Assembly (NCBI GenBank): GCA_016840405.1
Contig: JAEOSK010000001.1
Span: 94,820 to 158,819 of the forward strand
Origin: Candidatus Hermodarchaeum yapensis
GTDB lineage: Archaea > Asgardarchaeota > Hermodarchaeia > Hermodarchaeales > Hermodarchaeaceae
Reading direction: 5' to 3'
DNA: 64,000 nt
The translations under genes were made by a program, and so were the position numbers. The stretch's first letter is position 1, and every line of letters starts with the position of its first letter. Shown one piece after another: positions 10,043-19,900 of the stretch. The notes beneath the pieces are model-generated. The model had not been told where the DNA came from, did not search any database, and saw only the letters and a program-made list of their open reading frames with translations.

Positions 10043-11593
10043 GTGAGTTGTGTGAAGTACAGGTTATCTGAAAAAGCTCGACAAATTCTTAACCATCTCA
10101 GTACAATGAAGAGACCCCTATCTGCTTCATCCATCGCAAAATCACTAGGGTTAAAAGATGAAACAGTTCGTAGCCTTTTGCGAAGTCTTCGCCAAAGGAA
10201 ACTCATCGAGGATAAAGAAACAACTCGTATCGAATTCTACCAATTAACGCCCGAAGGGCAACACTTCGCCACAAAGGGGCTTCCAGAAATACGGTTAGTA
10301 AAGTTACTTGCCAAACAAGGCGATGAGGGTTCTGTTGAATCCATTGCAAAGGAGAAGGTGCTTAAACCATCAGAACAAACATTAGCCCTGGGGTGGGCTC
10401 GTCAAAATAAGTGGATTTCAGTTTCAGAACGCGATGGTCACACTTGGATGAAACTGATGTCAAATGCTACAGAAGCTATCAAACAGCATCCACTCCAACT
10501 TGCCCTGGAATCGGCTGAGGAGTCAGGTTTACTTCAGCTAGATGATGTAAAATTCGAAAAGAAGGACCTTAGAAGGATTCAAAACACTTTACGTAAACGA
10601 AAGTTAGCTGAACTCGTTTCCCGCCAAACAATTACAGTATCCATCACATCAAAGGGACATCAAGCACTTAAAGCAGCACTAACTGATGAAGAACTAATCC
10701 GCGATTTATCTCCTGATTTACTGAAATCAGAATCCTGGAAAGACCAAGACTTCATGCCCTATAACCTCCGTGCCCCAACCTCACCCTTATATCCTGGGAA
10801 AAAACATCCCTTTGTAGAATTCATCGATCGATTGAAACGCGTTCTTATTGGACTTGGTTTTCAAGAGGCAAAAGGACCTCTTGTTGAGATAGAGTTCTGG
10901 AATAATGATGCACTCTTTATGCCACAAGACCATGTGGCCCGTGAGGTCCATGATGCCTATCAAATCAAAACACCAAAAGGACCTGGTCGAATAATTGATG
11001 AGTCCGCTCTAAAACGCGTTGCCAAAACGCATGAAAATGGTTGGACAACTGGCTCTACTGGTTGGCGTTATCCCTATAGCTTCGACATCGCCCGCCGGCT
11101 CGTTATGCGAAGTCAAACCACATCGGTTTCGATGCGTTTCCTGTCTAAACACAAGAAACCTCCAATAACCATGTTTAGTATTGATCGGAATTTCCGCCCC
11201 GAGAAATTTGACGCAACCCACTCTGCAGAGTTCATTCAAATTGAAGGGATTATTGGTAGTAAAGATCTAACTCTGCGCGATTTGATGGGTTATATCAAAG
11301 CAATTGCAAAAGGAGTAGGCGTTGAAAAATTAAAATTCAAACCCGGGTTCTTCCCTTTCACCGAACCATCTGTTGAAAGCTTCATATTTATTCCAGAGCT
11401 TGGATGGAGAGAATTTGGTGGTAGTGGAATTTTCCGACCAGAAGTCACCCTCCCCTTCGGTATTGACTTTCCAGTTCTAGCTTGGGGACTTGGTGCCGAT
11501 CGTTTAGCCATGGCCGCTTTGGGAATTGGTGATATTCGTGAGCTAGCAACCCGAAACCTCGGACAGCTTCGCAAAGCCTCAATGAGATTCTAA
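10043..11593 (+). CDS. pheS: Phenylalanine--tRNA ligase alpha subunit (archaeal type; start may be GTG 10052)
   Basis: N-terminal wHTH repeats, FWNNDALFMPQDHVARE, FRPEKFDATHSAEF, FFPFTEPS, AWGLGADRL. Confidence 0.96.
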   Translation: MSCVKYRLSEKARQILNHLSTMKRPLSASSIAKSLGLKDETVRSLLRSLRQRKLIEDKETTRIEFYQLTPEGQHFATKGLPEIRLVKLLAKQGDEGSVESIAKEKVLKPSEQTLALGWARQNKWISVSERDGHTWMKLMSNATEAIKQHPLQLALESAEESGLLQLDDVKFEKKDLRRIQNTLRKRKLAELVSRQTITVSITSKGHQALKAALTDEELIRDLSPDLLKSESWKDQDFMPYNLRAPTSPLYPGKKHPFVEFIDRLKRVLIGLGFQEAKGPLVEIEFWNNDALFMPQDHVAREVHDAYQIKTPKGPGRIIDESALKRVAKTHENGWTTGSTGWRYPYSFDIARRLVMRSQTTSVSMRFLSKHKKPPITMFSIDRNFRPEKFDATHSAEFIQIEGIIGSKDLTLRDLMGYIKAIAKGVGVEKLKFKPGFFPFTEPSVESFIFIPELGWREFGGSGIFRPEVTLPFGIDFPVLAWGLGADRLAMAALGIGDIRELATRNLGQLRKASMRF

Positions 11594-11597
11594 GGAA

Positions 11598-13265
11598 GTG
11601 GATGTTATGAACGTAGATGTTAGACTATCGGATCTCCTTACACTTGTTGGCCGTGACTTGTCTGAAGAAGAATTGGTAGAAAGCCTCTTCTTACTCAAGT
11701 GTGAAATTGATAGTATATCCAATGGCATCGTGACAATTGAAGTAAATCCTGATCGCGTGGATTTGCTCTCTGTAGAAGGCATTGCAAGGGCACTTCGTGG
11801 GTTCCTAGAAATTGAAACTGGAGCACCAAACTATTCAATTCGAAAATCTGATTGGCAGGCCATTGTGGACCCATCGGTCAAAGAAGTCCGACCGTTTCTA
11901 GCCTGTGGAATCGTCAAAGGTCTCCAATTAGATGACGACCTTATTGCAGAATTCATGCAACTGCAAGAACGCCTTACGGGAACCTTTGGTCGAAATCGAA
12001 AAAGAACAAGCATCGGACTGTATGTCCTGGATCTCATTACTCCCCCTGTTCATTATCGAACTGAGTCCCCGGATGATATCAAGTTTGTACCTCTTGAATA
12101 TTATACTCCACTAACTGCCAGGCAAATACTTAGCCAACATCCCAAGGGGCAAGAGTTTGGCAAAATCATCAAAGACTTTCCCAAATATCCAATTCTTGTT
12201 GATGCAGAGAACAAAGTCCTGAGCTTACCTCCTGTAATAAATAGCAATGATCTGGGACGACTTGTAGAGGATACAAAAGATGTCTTCGTTGAAGTAACAG
12301 GAACGCATAAGCTGACGACGCTTCAAACTTTGAATATAATGATAACGGCCCTAGCGGAGAGGGGCGGGATAATTGAAGATGTCGAAGTTGTGTATACCAA
12401 AGGGAGTGAACGACTCCCTGATCTTACATTCCAACAGCGTGACGTATCTCTGAATTATATTAACAAAATCGTCGGTTATGACTTTGACGATTCTGCAGTA
12501 ATGAAAGCCCTTGGTCGAATGCGAATGGATTCCTCCGTTCGTGGCGATACGGTTCAAGTAAAAATACCTGCATATCGGATGGATATTCTTCATGATGTTG
12601 ACATCGTTGAAGATGTAGCGATAGGCTATGGATATGATCGCTTCGAATCAACAACTCCTCAGTTAATGACGCTTGGCAGGGAGTTACCTCTCACAACCCT
12701 GTTGCGTACAATTCGTGACCTGATGGTAGGACTCGCTTACCAAGAAATTCACAATTATGTCTTAACTAATACCCGTGTTCTTTTCGAAAAGATGAATCGT
12801 CCCATGAAAGAGGTTGTAGAGATTGCCAATCCAAAGTCAATGGAGTATCACCTGGCGCGGAACGCCTTGCTCCCTGGATTACTAGCATTTTTGGGAGATA
12901 ACACTGCCCAAGAATTACCACATAACATCTTCGAAGTCGGTGATGTAGTCACCTTAGACGCTAATGCAGAAACCTGCACGCGCTCAACTCCCCATCTTGC
13001 TGCTGCTTCAGTAAATTCACGCGTTGATATCACTGTATTGAAGGCTAAACTTATGACATTATTAGGGAATTTAGGGCTGTCTGCTACAGTTCGCAAAACC
13101 TCCAACGTATCCTTCATCAAGGGACGGGTCGCAAACCTCTTCATTGAGGGGACCCATGTGGGCATAATGGGTGAAATTCATCCGGCAGTACTGAAGAATT
13201 ACGGCATTGAAGCACCCTGTGTTGCCTTTGAGCTGGAAATCCTTGCGGATTGGATTATCCAATAA
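11598..13265 (+). CDS. pheT: Phenylalanine--tRNA ligase beta subunit
   Basis: NPDRVDLLSVEGIAR, SLPPVINS, PAYRMDILHDVDIVEDVAIGYGY, GEIHP; directly downstream of pheS. Confidence 0.96.
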   Translation: MDVMNVDVRLSDLLTLVGRDLSEEELVESLFLLKCEIDSISNGIVTIEVNPDRVDLLSVEGIARALRGFLEIETGAPNYSIRKSDWQAIVDPSVKEVRPFLACGIVKGLQLDDDLIAEFMQLQERLTGTFGRNRKRTSIGLYVLDLITPPVHYRTESPDDIKFVPLEYYTPLTARQILSQHPKGQEFGKIIKDFPKYPILVDAENKVLSLPPVINSNDLGRLVEDTKDVFVEVTGTHKLTTLQTLNIMITALAERGGIIEDVEVVYTKGSERLPDLTFQQRDVSLNYINKIVGYDFDDSAVMKALGRMRMDSSVRGDTVQVKIPAYRMDILHDVDIVEDVAIGYGYDRFESTTPQLMTLGRELPLTTLLRTIRDLMVGLAYQEIHNYVLTNTRVLFEKMNRPMKEVVEIANPKSMEYHLARNALLPGLLAFLGDNTAQELPHNIFEVGDVVTLDANAETCTRSTPHLAAASVNSRVDITVLKAKLMTLLGNLGLSATVRKTSNVSFIKGRVANLFIEGTHVGIMGEIHPAVLKNYGIEAPCVAFELEILADWIIQ

Positions 13266-13381
13266 TACTTCTACTATGCATGCCATTAAGGTTATATTGC
13301 TTGATATCTACTGTAATCGAGGGCTTCACAGGTCCTTAGCAGATTGCCTAATGGTTACTGCTCGTACACGGTAACACATAC

Positions 13382-14209
13382 GTGGTGAAAACATTGGGTA
13401 AACACACAAATCTTCTATCTCGGCTTCTCCAACTCACTGCGTTGATTTTCTTCATCTTTGCAATATATCGGCTCTACCGGTACTTCACCGGCTGGTTAAA
13501 TTCACCTGATTACATGATTTATGCGATTTTCGCTGCTGCAATTGTCGGTGTTAGTATACTCATCTTTGATGATGTCTTCAAACCAGGAACTGATTTTGTA
13601 GGCTGGGCATTTCTCTTCGGTGTTGGTGTCTTTTCACTGCTGACTGGAGTCATTTTCACCTTCAATCCAGCTTTCATAACCAATAATCCATTTACGGGGA
13701 TTTGGCTACGCGCGTTCTTTTTCCTTATCATGGGAATAATCGTTATTATTGAATCGTTTCTCGTCCGACGTGAAGTCGTTAAAACTGATCATGGGCTGGT
13801 TGCTGATACCGTGGGACCCGTAATCCTCAAATTCGCAGCAACCTTTGGCCTTGCTTGGGGCAGTTATCAAATGGCCTGGGTTCTCGTACCATATCTACGC
13901 CTTGTACCTCTCACTAGCATGATGCCCCTTTTCCTCTCTGGACTGGGATTTATCTTTGTTAGCGTGGTACTCTTAGGTTATGTAGAATCCCAAAACCGAC
14001 AACCCCATTTCCGCTATCGCCGGTTCCCCTTACTGATGAGCTTCCTTCTCCTTCTAATGATATTTCCCGTTACAACCTTCTACATAGTAGTGTTCGTAGA
14101 ATTTACCAATTACGAGCTCTTATTCAACGCTATCATGGGTTTGGTGGTTAATCTCACCATTCTAAGCACATCATTGTACATTGTGTATCATCCGACCAAA
14201 GCGCGCTAG
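13382..14209 (+). CDS. Multi-pass membrane protein, unknown function
   Basis: About eight hydrophobic helices in 275 aa. Confidence 0.7.
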   Translation: MVKTLGKHTNLLSRLLQLTALIFFIFAIYRLYRYFTGWLNSPDYMIYAIFAAAIVGVSILIFDDVFKPGTDFVGWAFLFGVGVFSLLTGVIFTFNPAFITNNPFTGIWLRAFFFLIMGIIVIIESFLVRREVVKTDHGLVADTVGPVILKFAATFGLAWGSYQMAWVLVPYLRLVPLTSMMPLFLSGLGFIFVSVVLLGYVESQNRQPHFRYRRFPLLMSFLLLLMIFPVTTFYIVVFVEFTNYELLFNAIMGLVVNLTILSTSLYIVYHPTKAR

Positions 14210-14228
14210 CTTTGGTCTCTACCATTTT

Positions 14229-14765
14229 TTAAAGACCCAAAAGGGTACAAGCCTGCTGATAGACGGTAGTCCGTACTTCTGGGGTCAATGTTAGAATGGT
14301 AACATCATTTCGGTTCTTTATCTGATTCACAAAATGTGTTTTCAGTTTCAATCCTATTGTCCCTAACACGGGCTTAGGTGAATCGAATGCCATAATGACC
14401 ACGCGCTGAAATTCGGGAACTGCTAATTCCATTTTCCCAATTTCATCAATTACTATGAGCTCTGTTGAAGTTGTTGCATAATCTATTGCGGTGACTCCGA
14501 CTTCTCGGATGGCATTGAGATCGACTCCATAGCGACCAACTTTCACAGGACTGGAAATATCAACAGCTGCCATAACCTGTTCCGCCCCAGTAGCTATGTC
14601 ACAGATCAGAAACCCTCCTCGCCTTCCTGAATCTAACCGGAACTCAGGTGTGCTAATTCCTCCCACTTTCAAACCTTCCTGTTTTGCCCTGTCAACAACG
14701 CGGTTTACTAATGTACTTTTTCCGCAGCCTGGAAAGCCTGTAATGAGGAGGTTAACCTTAAGCAA
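14229..14765 (-). CDS. Nucleoside-triphosphatase (THEP1/NTPase_1 family)
   Basis: ITGFPGCGKST, GGISTPE, VGRYGVD, IVIDEIGKMEL. Confidence 0.9.
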   Translation of the reverse strand: MLKVNLLITGFPGCGKSTLVNRVVDRAKQEGLKVGGISTPEFRLDSGRRGGFLICDIATGAEQVMAAVDISSPVKVGRYGVDLNAIREVGVTAIDYATTSTELIVIDEIGKMELAVPEFQRVVIMAFDSPKPVLGTIGLKLKTHFVNQIKNRNDVTILTLTPEVRTTVYQQACTLLGL

Positions 14766-14767
14766 GA

Positions 14768-15268
14768 TTAGGCTTCACCCTGATAAACACCTTCATAGGG
14801 TTGAGTTTCCTGCATTAATTGGAAAAAGACAAGGTGGAGAAGTCGGGCATTTGGTTTGACAAAAAAGCCATTTGGATTATACACAGTTAGTAATCCACGA
14901 GAACGTCCTTCATATCCTGCGTCCCAAACGGCTGATTCAATTGAAACACCGGAACGGAGAAGCGATGACCTCGGACGCCCAATAGCGATTATGTTGGCTG
15001 GAATTCGAACGATTTCGTTATAGGTCACAAGGTAGGTTCCAGGTTGAAGATTGTACCATCCTTGCTTTAGTTGGACTTCTTCATAATTGGGAATATGACG
15101 CTCTTTGTTAGAGAAATCAATAGTTCCAGCTTCCTTGTAGGTATAGAGTTTTTGAAGTGTCAGTTCCACGCCATTAGGAGAGACTTGGATATTTTGGTCA
15201 ACCATTTTTGTAATTAGCTTGTGCTTAGAAATCAGCTCAAGAATGGTCTTACGATCTAATACTACCAA
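14768..15268 (-). CDS. dut: dUTPase (dCTP deaminase/dUTPase family)
   Basis: PNGVELT, RPRSSLLRSG, AVWDAGYEG, YEGVYQ. Confidence 0.88.
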   Translation of the reverse strand: MVVLDRKTILELISKHKLITKMVDQNIQVSPNGVELTLQKLYTYKEAGTIDFSNKERHIPNYEEVQLKQGWYNLQPGTYLVTYNEIVRIPANIIAIGRPRSSLLRSGVSIESAVWDAGYEGRSRGLLTVYNPNGFFVKPNARLLHLVFFQLMQETQPYEGVYQGEA

Positions 15269-15381
15269 ATTTGAAGCCCACCTAGTACATGGATGAAGTG
15301 TTGAACCCTTTAAGGTGTCTGGTGTAACTCAGGGACTGAGGTTGTTGAAAGGTCTCGGACGGAAAGCCTTTTCCTGAGGTC

Positions 15382-15915
15382 TTGATAAGATGTGGTTTTA
15401 TGGGGGAACCTGATAGGTCACCGAAAATTACTCAGAAGCAATCAATTATTTGCTGTCCAGTTTGTGGACAAGACTTGGTTGAACTTCCCTTAGAGCAAAT
15501 TGAAAAATGTCCGAACTGTGCATTCAACCTAGCTCTTGTTCAATCACCTCACGAATCTCCAACCAAACCTCCTATCCAGGTAGTTGTTCCTCGTTTTGCT
15601 TATCTGCTATTAGTAATTCAAGCAATTGTTGCAGCAATCATTGGGCTGTTGTTTCTTTTCTTTGCTAGTCCCTACTACTTTGGAATGCACTTAATATTTG
15701 CATTAATTCAGTTCCCTTCAGTTCTCATCATTGCACTTTTTCTAATTGTGCTTCGTTTCCCAAATATTGCCTTCATTGCAAGAATTGGTCTGATTATTTT
15801 CAGTATTGTCACTCTTCCTCTAGGTCTTTTTGCCTTCACTGCAGCTTTTTCCATCTCAGCTCCTCGACAACAACCCATAAAACAGCACAACAGTGGAGGG
15901 ACCAATGGTGGCTGA
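15382..15915 (+). CDS. Zinc-ribbon membrane protein
   Basis: CPVC...CPNC followed by 3-4 TM helices. Confidence 0.65.
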   Translation: MIRCGFMGEPDRSPKITQKQSIICCPVCGQDLVELPLEQIEKCPNCAFNLALVQSPHESPTKPPIQVVVPRFAYLLLVIQAIVAAIIGLLFLFFASPYYFGMHLIFALIQFPSVLIIALFLIVLRFPNIAFIARIGLIIFSIVTLPLGLFAFTAAFSISAPRQQPIKQHNSGGTNGG

Positions 15916-16738
15916 ACGAAGGTATCCCACTCGATTTTGTCCCTACTGTGCAACCGAAATAACGACGCCTACTAAATATTGTGTAACCTGCGGTGTAGAA
16001 ATTACATGGTCAATAAGAGAGGCGCAGGCCCCTCCATATCCCTGGTCACCCAGAACAACATATGTCATCACAATTATTACATATGGATTATTTTTCGTCC
16101 TGACATTCGCGCTACTTTTTTACTATCTTATCTTCTTTGGTATCCCACTCTATCTACTTGACACTATCTTAATCACAGATCCCTTCTTTACAATCATACT
16201 CACTTTAGGCGAAGTTACCTTCTTCCTGATTCCCTTTGCCATTGTAAAGAGATTGAAAGTCAGACGAGAGAAACTTGGCCTCTTTTCTGGGGGCATCAGG
16301 AACCTATCAAAAGATATTATATTGGGACTAGGCGTGGGCGTAGTTTTGGCTCCGCTAATCTTGCTCCTTGATCTGTATGAACTCCTTGCACCTGGAGCTG
16401 GTCCACCACCAACTCCCCCGACCCCCGTTGACCTGTTCTGGATGGGAATGCTGTGTCTTTCTGTGATTCTTATTATTGCACCCGCTGAAGAAGTGCTCTT
16501 TCGCGGGTTTATCCAAAACTCCCTAGATGCTCATTATGGTCGAATTGGAGGGCTCCTTGTATCCTCCATTATTTTCGGACTGGCTCATCTCAACCCGTTT
16601 ATTGGTGTCTTTCAAACAGTTGGAAGCATATTCCTCGGATTGCTATTCCAATGGCGAGGACGCCGTCTTGCCAGTCCAATTGTCGCTCATGCAACCTATG
16701 ATTGCTTGATAATAATCTTGGATGCCTTCCTTATCTAA
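15905..16738 (+). CDS. Zinc-ribbon + CPBP (Abi/CAAX, Rce1-like) intramembrane metalloprotease
   Basis: CPYC/CVTC ribbon; AEEVLFRG, FGLAH, HATYD motifs. Confidence 0.88.
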   Translation: MVAERRYPTRFCPYCATEITTPTKYCVTCGVEITWSIREAQAPPYPWSPRTTYVITIITYGLFFVLTFALLFYYLIFFGIPLYLLDTILITDPFFTIILTLGEVTFFLIPFAIVKRLKVRREKLGLFSGGIRNLSKDIILGLGVGVVLAPLILLLDLYELLAPGAGPPPTPPTPVDLFWMGMLCLSVILIIAPAEEVLFRGFIQNSLDAHYGRIGGLLVSSIIFGLAHLNPFIGVFQTVGSIFLGLLFQWRGRRLASPIVAHATYDCLIIILDAFLI

Positions 16739-16953
16739 ACCTCGAAAAGCTCCCGTTCGTCAGGCTGGGGACCACTCGCGGTGTTTAAATAAGTTTCTTG
16801 GCATCTAGATGTGAGGTCCTAGTCTGCGGTCCGAGAACCAAGGACATCTGACCGGGCAACATCGCCGGAACGGCGAGTAGAGCCTGTGGACCAGTCGGCA
16901 GGAGCCGATGGCATGAAGCAGGAAGCTCACACAATCAGATGTGGGCAGTTCAC
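16735..16953 (+). mobile_element. tnpB-less miniature IS200/IS605 element carrying an omega-RNA scaffold (family of the 44.3/46.2 kb elements)
   Basis: Left-end hairpin homologous to 44291-44330; TTTAAATA at 16784-16791; 3' part keeps GAGCCTGTGGA, GAAGCAGGAA and AGTTCAC with compensatory stem changes. Left boundary uncertain by ~8 nt. Confidence 0.85.
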
Positions 16954-16971
16954 CTAACGAAGACTCGTGCC

Positions 16972-19900
16972 TTAAAAAAGGGTGAGAAATGGGTTTCCAC
17001 ATAGACTGTAACTTAACCAGCTATGGAGAGGGGGACCTGTACTGGCTAGTTTTCGTCGTGTGTGGAGCATGGCAACAGCAATGGGATCCCCTCCATATAG
17101 CTGTCTAATCAGGTTTTGAGTAAAGGTGGGTTGTAACTTATGTTCTGGACGCCATCGTGTGAATACAATCGAGGGAGATCCAGCAGTGACGAGATGTCGT
17201 AGAAAACCAGCTAAACTCATTCCATTCTCCATGGGATCTATCCGCATCGAATCATCAAGCACAAGAATAGGTGCACCTTTGAATAGAGTTGTGACCCCGA
17301 TTTCAATCACTCGAAGACTATCCGGGTGTTGTAGTGGGATTTCGCCTTTACGATGGTGAAGGGTTGTGGGAGTTGAGAAAAAAAGAAGTGATCGGGGCTG
17401 CTCAAGGTTACTGGATAGCAAAGTCCGAGTAAAATCACTTCCAAAAAGAACAATTGGCTCAGTGATACCTTGGCGCGTGGGAACCGAGTCAAGAAATGAC
17501 TTGGCAATTGCTTCAGCCACTGCTCTACGCGAAGCCTGCTCTTCTGCACCTGAATAGACACCTAGTACAACTGAAGGCATTGTAGTCTGGGCTAATGCTT
17601 TAGTCTTTAACGTGCTTTCGAAAAATTGGAAATCCGGAGCCCATGCCATAGGATACTTGAGACCCCAGTATTCTTTTCCATCAAATACGAGTTCGAAGGG
17701 TACATTATTGAGAAATCCATCTGTGATGAATTGAAGAAATCCATAATTGTGGCTTTGGAGTTCCCGTTCAAGCCGACTCGGAATCAAACCGCGATATAGA
17801 AAGGATGCGATGTCTCTTAGATCCGCGATAGGAGGTAGTTCTTGAGTATTTTTGATTCCTTGGAGTGATTGTACAACTGAGGCTAAATCCGGTGAGATGG
17901 GTAAAGTATGGATACCGTGTCGACCGACATGGTCTAATGTAGTGACAATAATTCGTTGTTTTTCAAGTAGCACGTCATAGTTAATTAGAATCCACCGGCG
18001 GTCGGTAGGCATGAGGGTCATGAGTTTTTGTGGCATCTTATAATCTGAAGGCAACATCCCTCTTCCTGGGTCTGGACACGCTGCAGCGATTACGTTACGG
18101 TTGACATTCATTTTCTCCAATGATTCGACTAATTCAGTTCTAAGTGCCTTCCGACGGGATTTGTACTCTTCTTGGAGGAGACTTTTTGGAGGTAAATGTG
18201 CGAGTTGCTGTCGCAGACCGCTTATTTGTGTGAGAAGATTAGTTTCTTCTTGTAGTAATTTTGGTAAATCCACACAACGTTCATACCCGAGATTATCGGA
18301 TAGATAAGGATGCAATTTAGCGATTTTACGAGGGCTAGACCAATCAATCACCTTGTCTACAATCATTCGATCATTCTGTTTATGATAGTAATGTGTAGCA
18401 ATCAGGATTGCTTCTTCTAAGGCATGTTGCATTTGGTTCCACGCAAGAGGAAGATTTTCAATGTTGAAGTCAGTGGGAATATCAAGTTCTTCACCAATTG
18501 AAATTGCCTGCTCAATTAGCTTCAGGATGTCTGATATTCCAGCAGAATCAACCAGTAAATTCGCCTGTCGCAAAAGGGTTTGAAAATACTCTTCACGGTA
18601 TTCGGCTTCGCTGAAAATGCTTGCTGCCTTTTCATAATATTCCAAGGCTTTTGCTGAATCTTCTGCTTCAACTAAAGGCGCTAATTCAAAGTATAATCGA
18701 CCCTGAAATTTTTCCTCAGTGGATGGTTTAAGTGTCAAAAGAGAACCTTTGAGCGCATCTTTACGTAGGCTGGGTTTTTCGAGATTACGATAAGCCTCAG
18801 CCAATTGATAATATGCTTCACTTGTGTCAAAGCTGGGCTCAGCTTTAAACTCTTTAATCGCTTGACTTAGATACTGCGCAGCTTCCGTATACTCGGCATT
18901 TCGCATCAAAACCAATCCAAGATTAATCGCAGCCTCTGCACGAAGCTCCATTGGGAGTTGTTCATCATGAATGGCTTGTTCCAATATGCCTTTGACCTGC
19001 TCTGGTGCCTGAGCCTCTAAAGTTAGTTGTGTAAGACTGACCATCAGAGATGTGGCTAATAGAGTTCTTCCCTGAGCATTCGCTTCTTTTGCAGCTTTTT
19101 GTAAAAGCGGAAGGTCCTCTTCAAGTCGTTGGGTCCTTCGGGAAGCATTAAGCAATAAACGGTATCCCCGAATTTCCATCTTTTCTTCAGGATGATCTTT
19201 TAGCAACAAAAGAGCCATTTTGCTTTGTTCTATCGCTTCTGGATATCGTTCAAGTTGATAGAAGGTTTCACCTACTTCGATGTATATTTCTGCTTCTTCT
19301 TTCTGGCGTTTATGTTCTTGATAATAGCGAATAGCTTGTGTAAATTCCTGTTCCGATTGCTTATCTTTTCCAAGGCGTAGAAGTGCTTTTCCTTTCGAAA
19401 TGCGCGCGTGAATATTTCTAGCTTGTTCGCCTAATTGTGAGAATATCTCAATGGCTTTGTCAAATAGACGGAGTGCTCTCACATCCTGAACCAAGCGCTC
19501 TAAGATTTGAGCCACTATCAGTGCACTTTCTGCAAAGGCTATAGACGCTTTTTGGTTTTGGAAAAATTGGAGCGCTGCCTCGCCATGGGGGAGTGCCTGT
19601 TCTGGTTGATCTTTTTCCAATAAAAGACGTGCTGTGTGAAATTCGCATAAGGAGAGGCCTGTTTCATCATTGGCCTTTGAAAACACAGTTCGAGCTTGTT
19701 CGATGTGTTCTTCTGCCTTGTCCAGGTTTCCCTCAGCTTGGTAAATGCGTGCTACTCCAAGAAGTGCATGAGCCCTTGGTGTCGGTTTTCCTGCTGTTCC
19801 CCATAATTCGATTAGTTGTCTTAGGACCCTTTCTGCGTCATCGTACGCAGCAAGCTTGTGAAGGATACTAGCATATTCTGTAAGCGCTTTACCACGAAGT

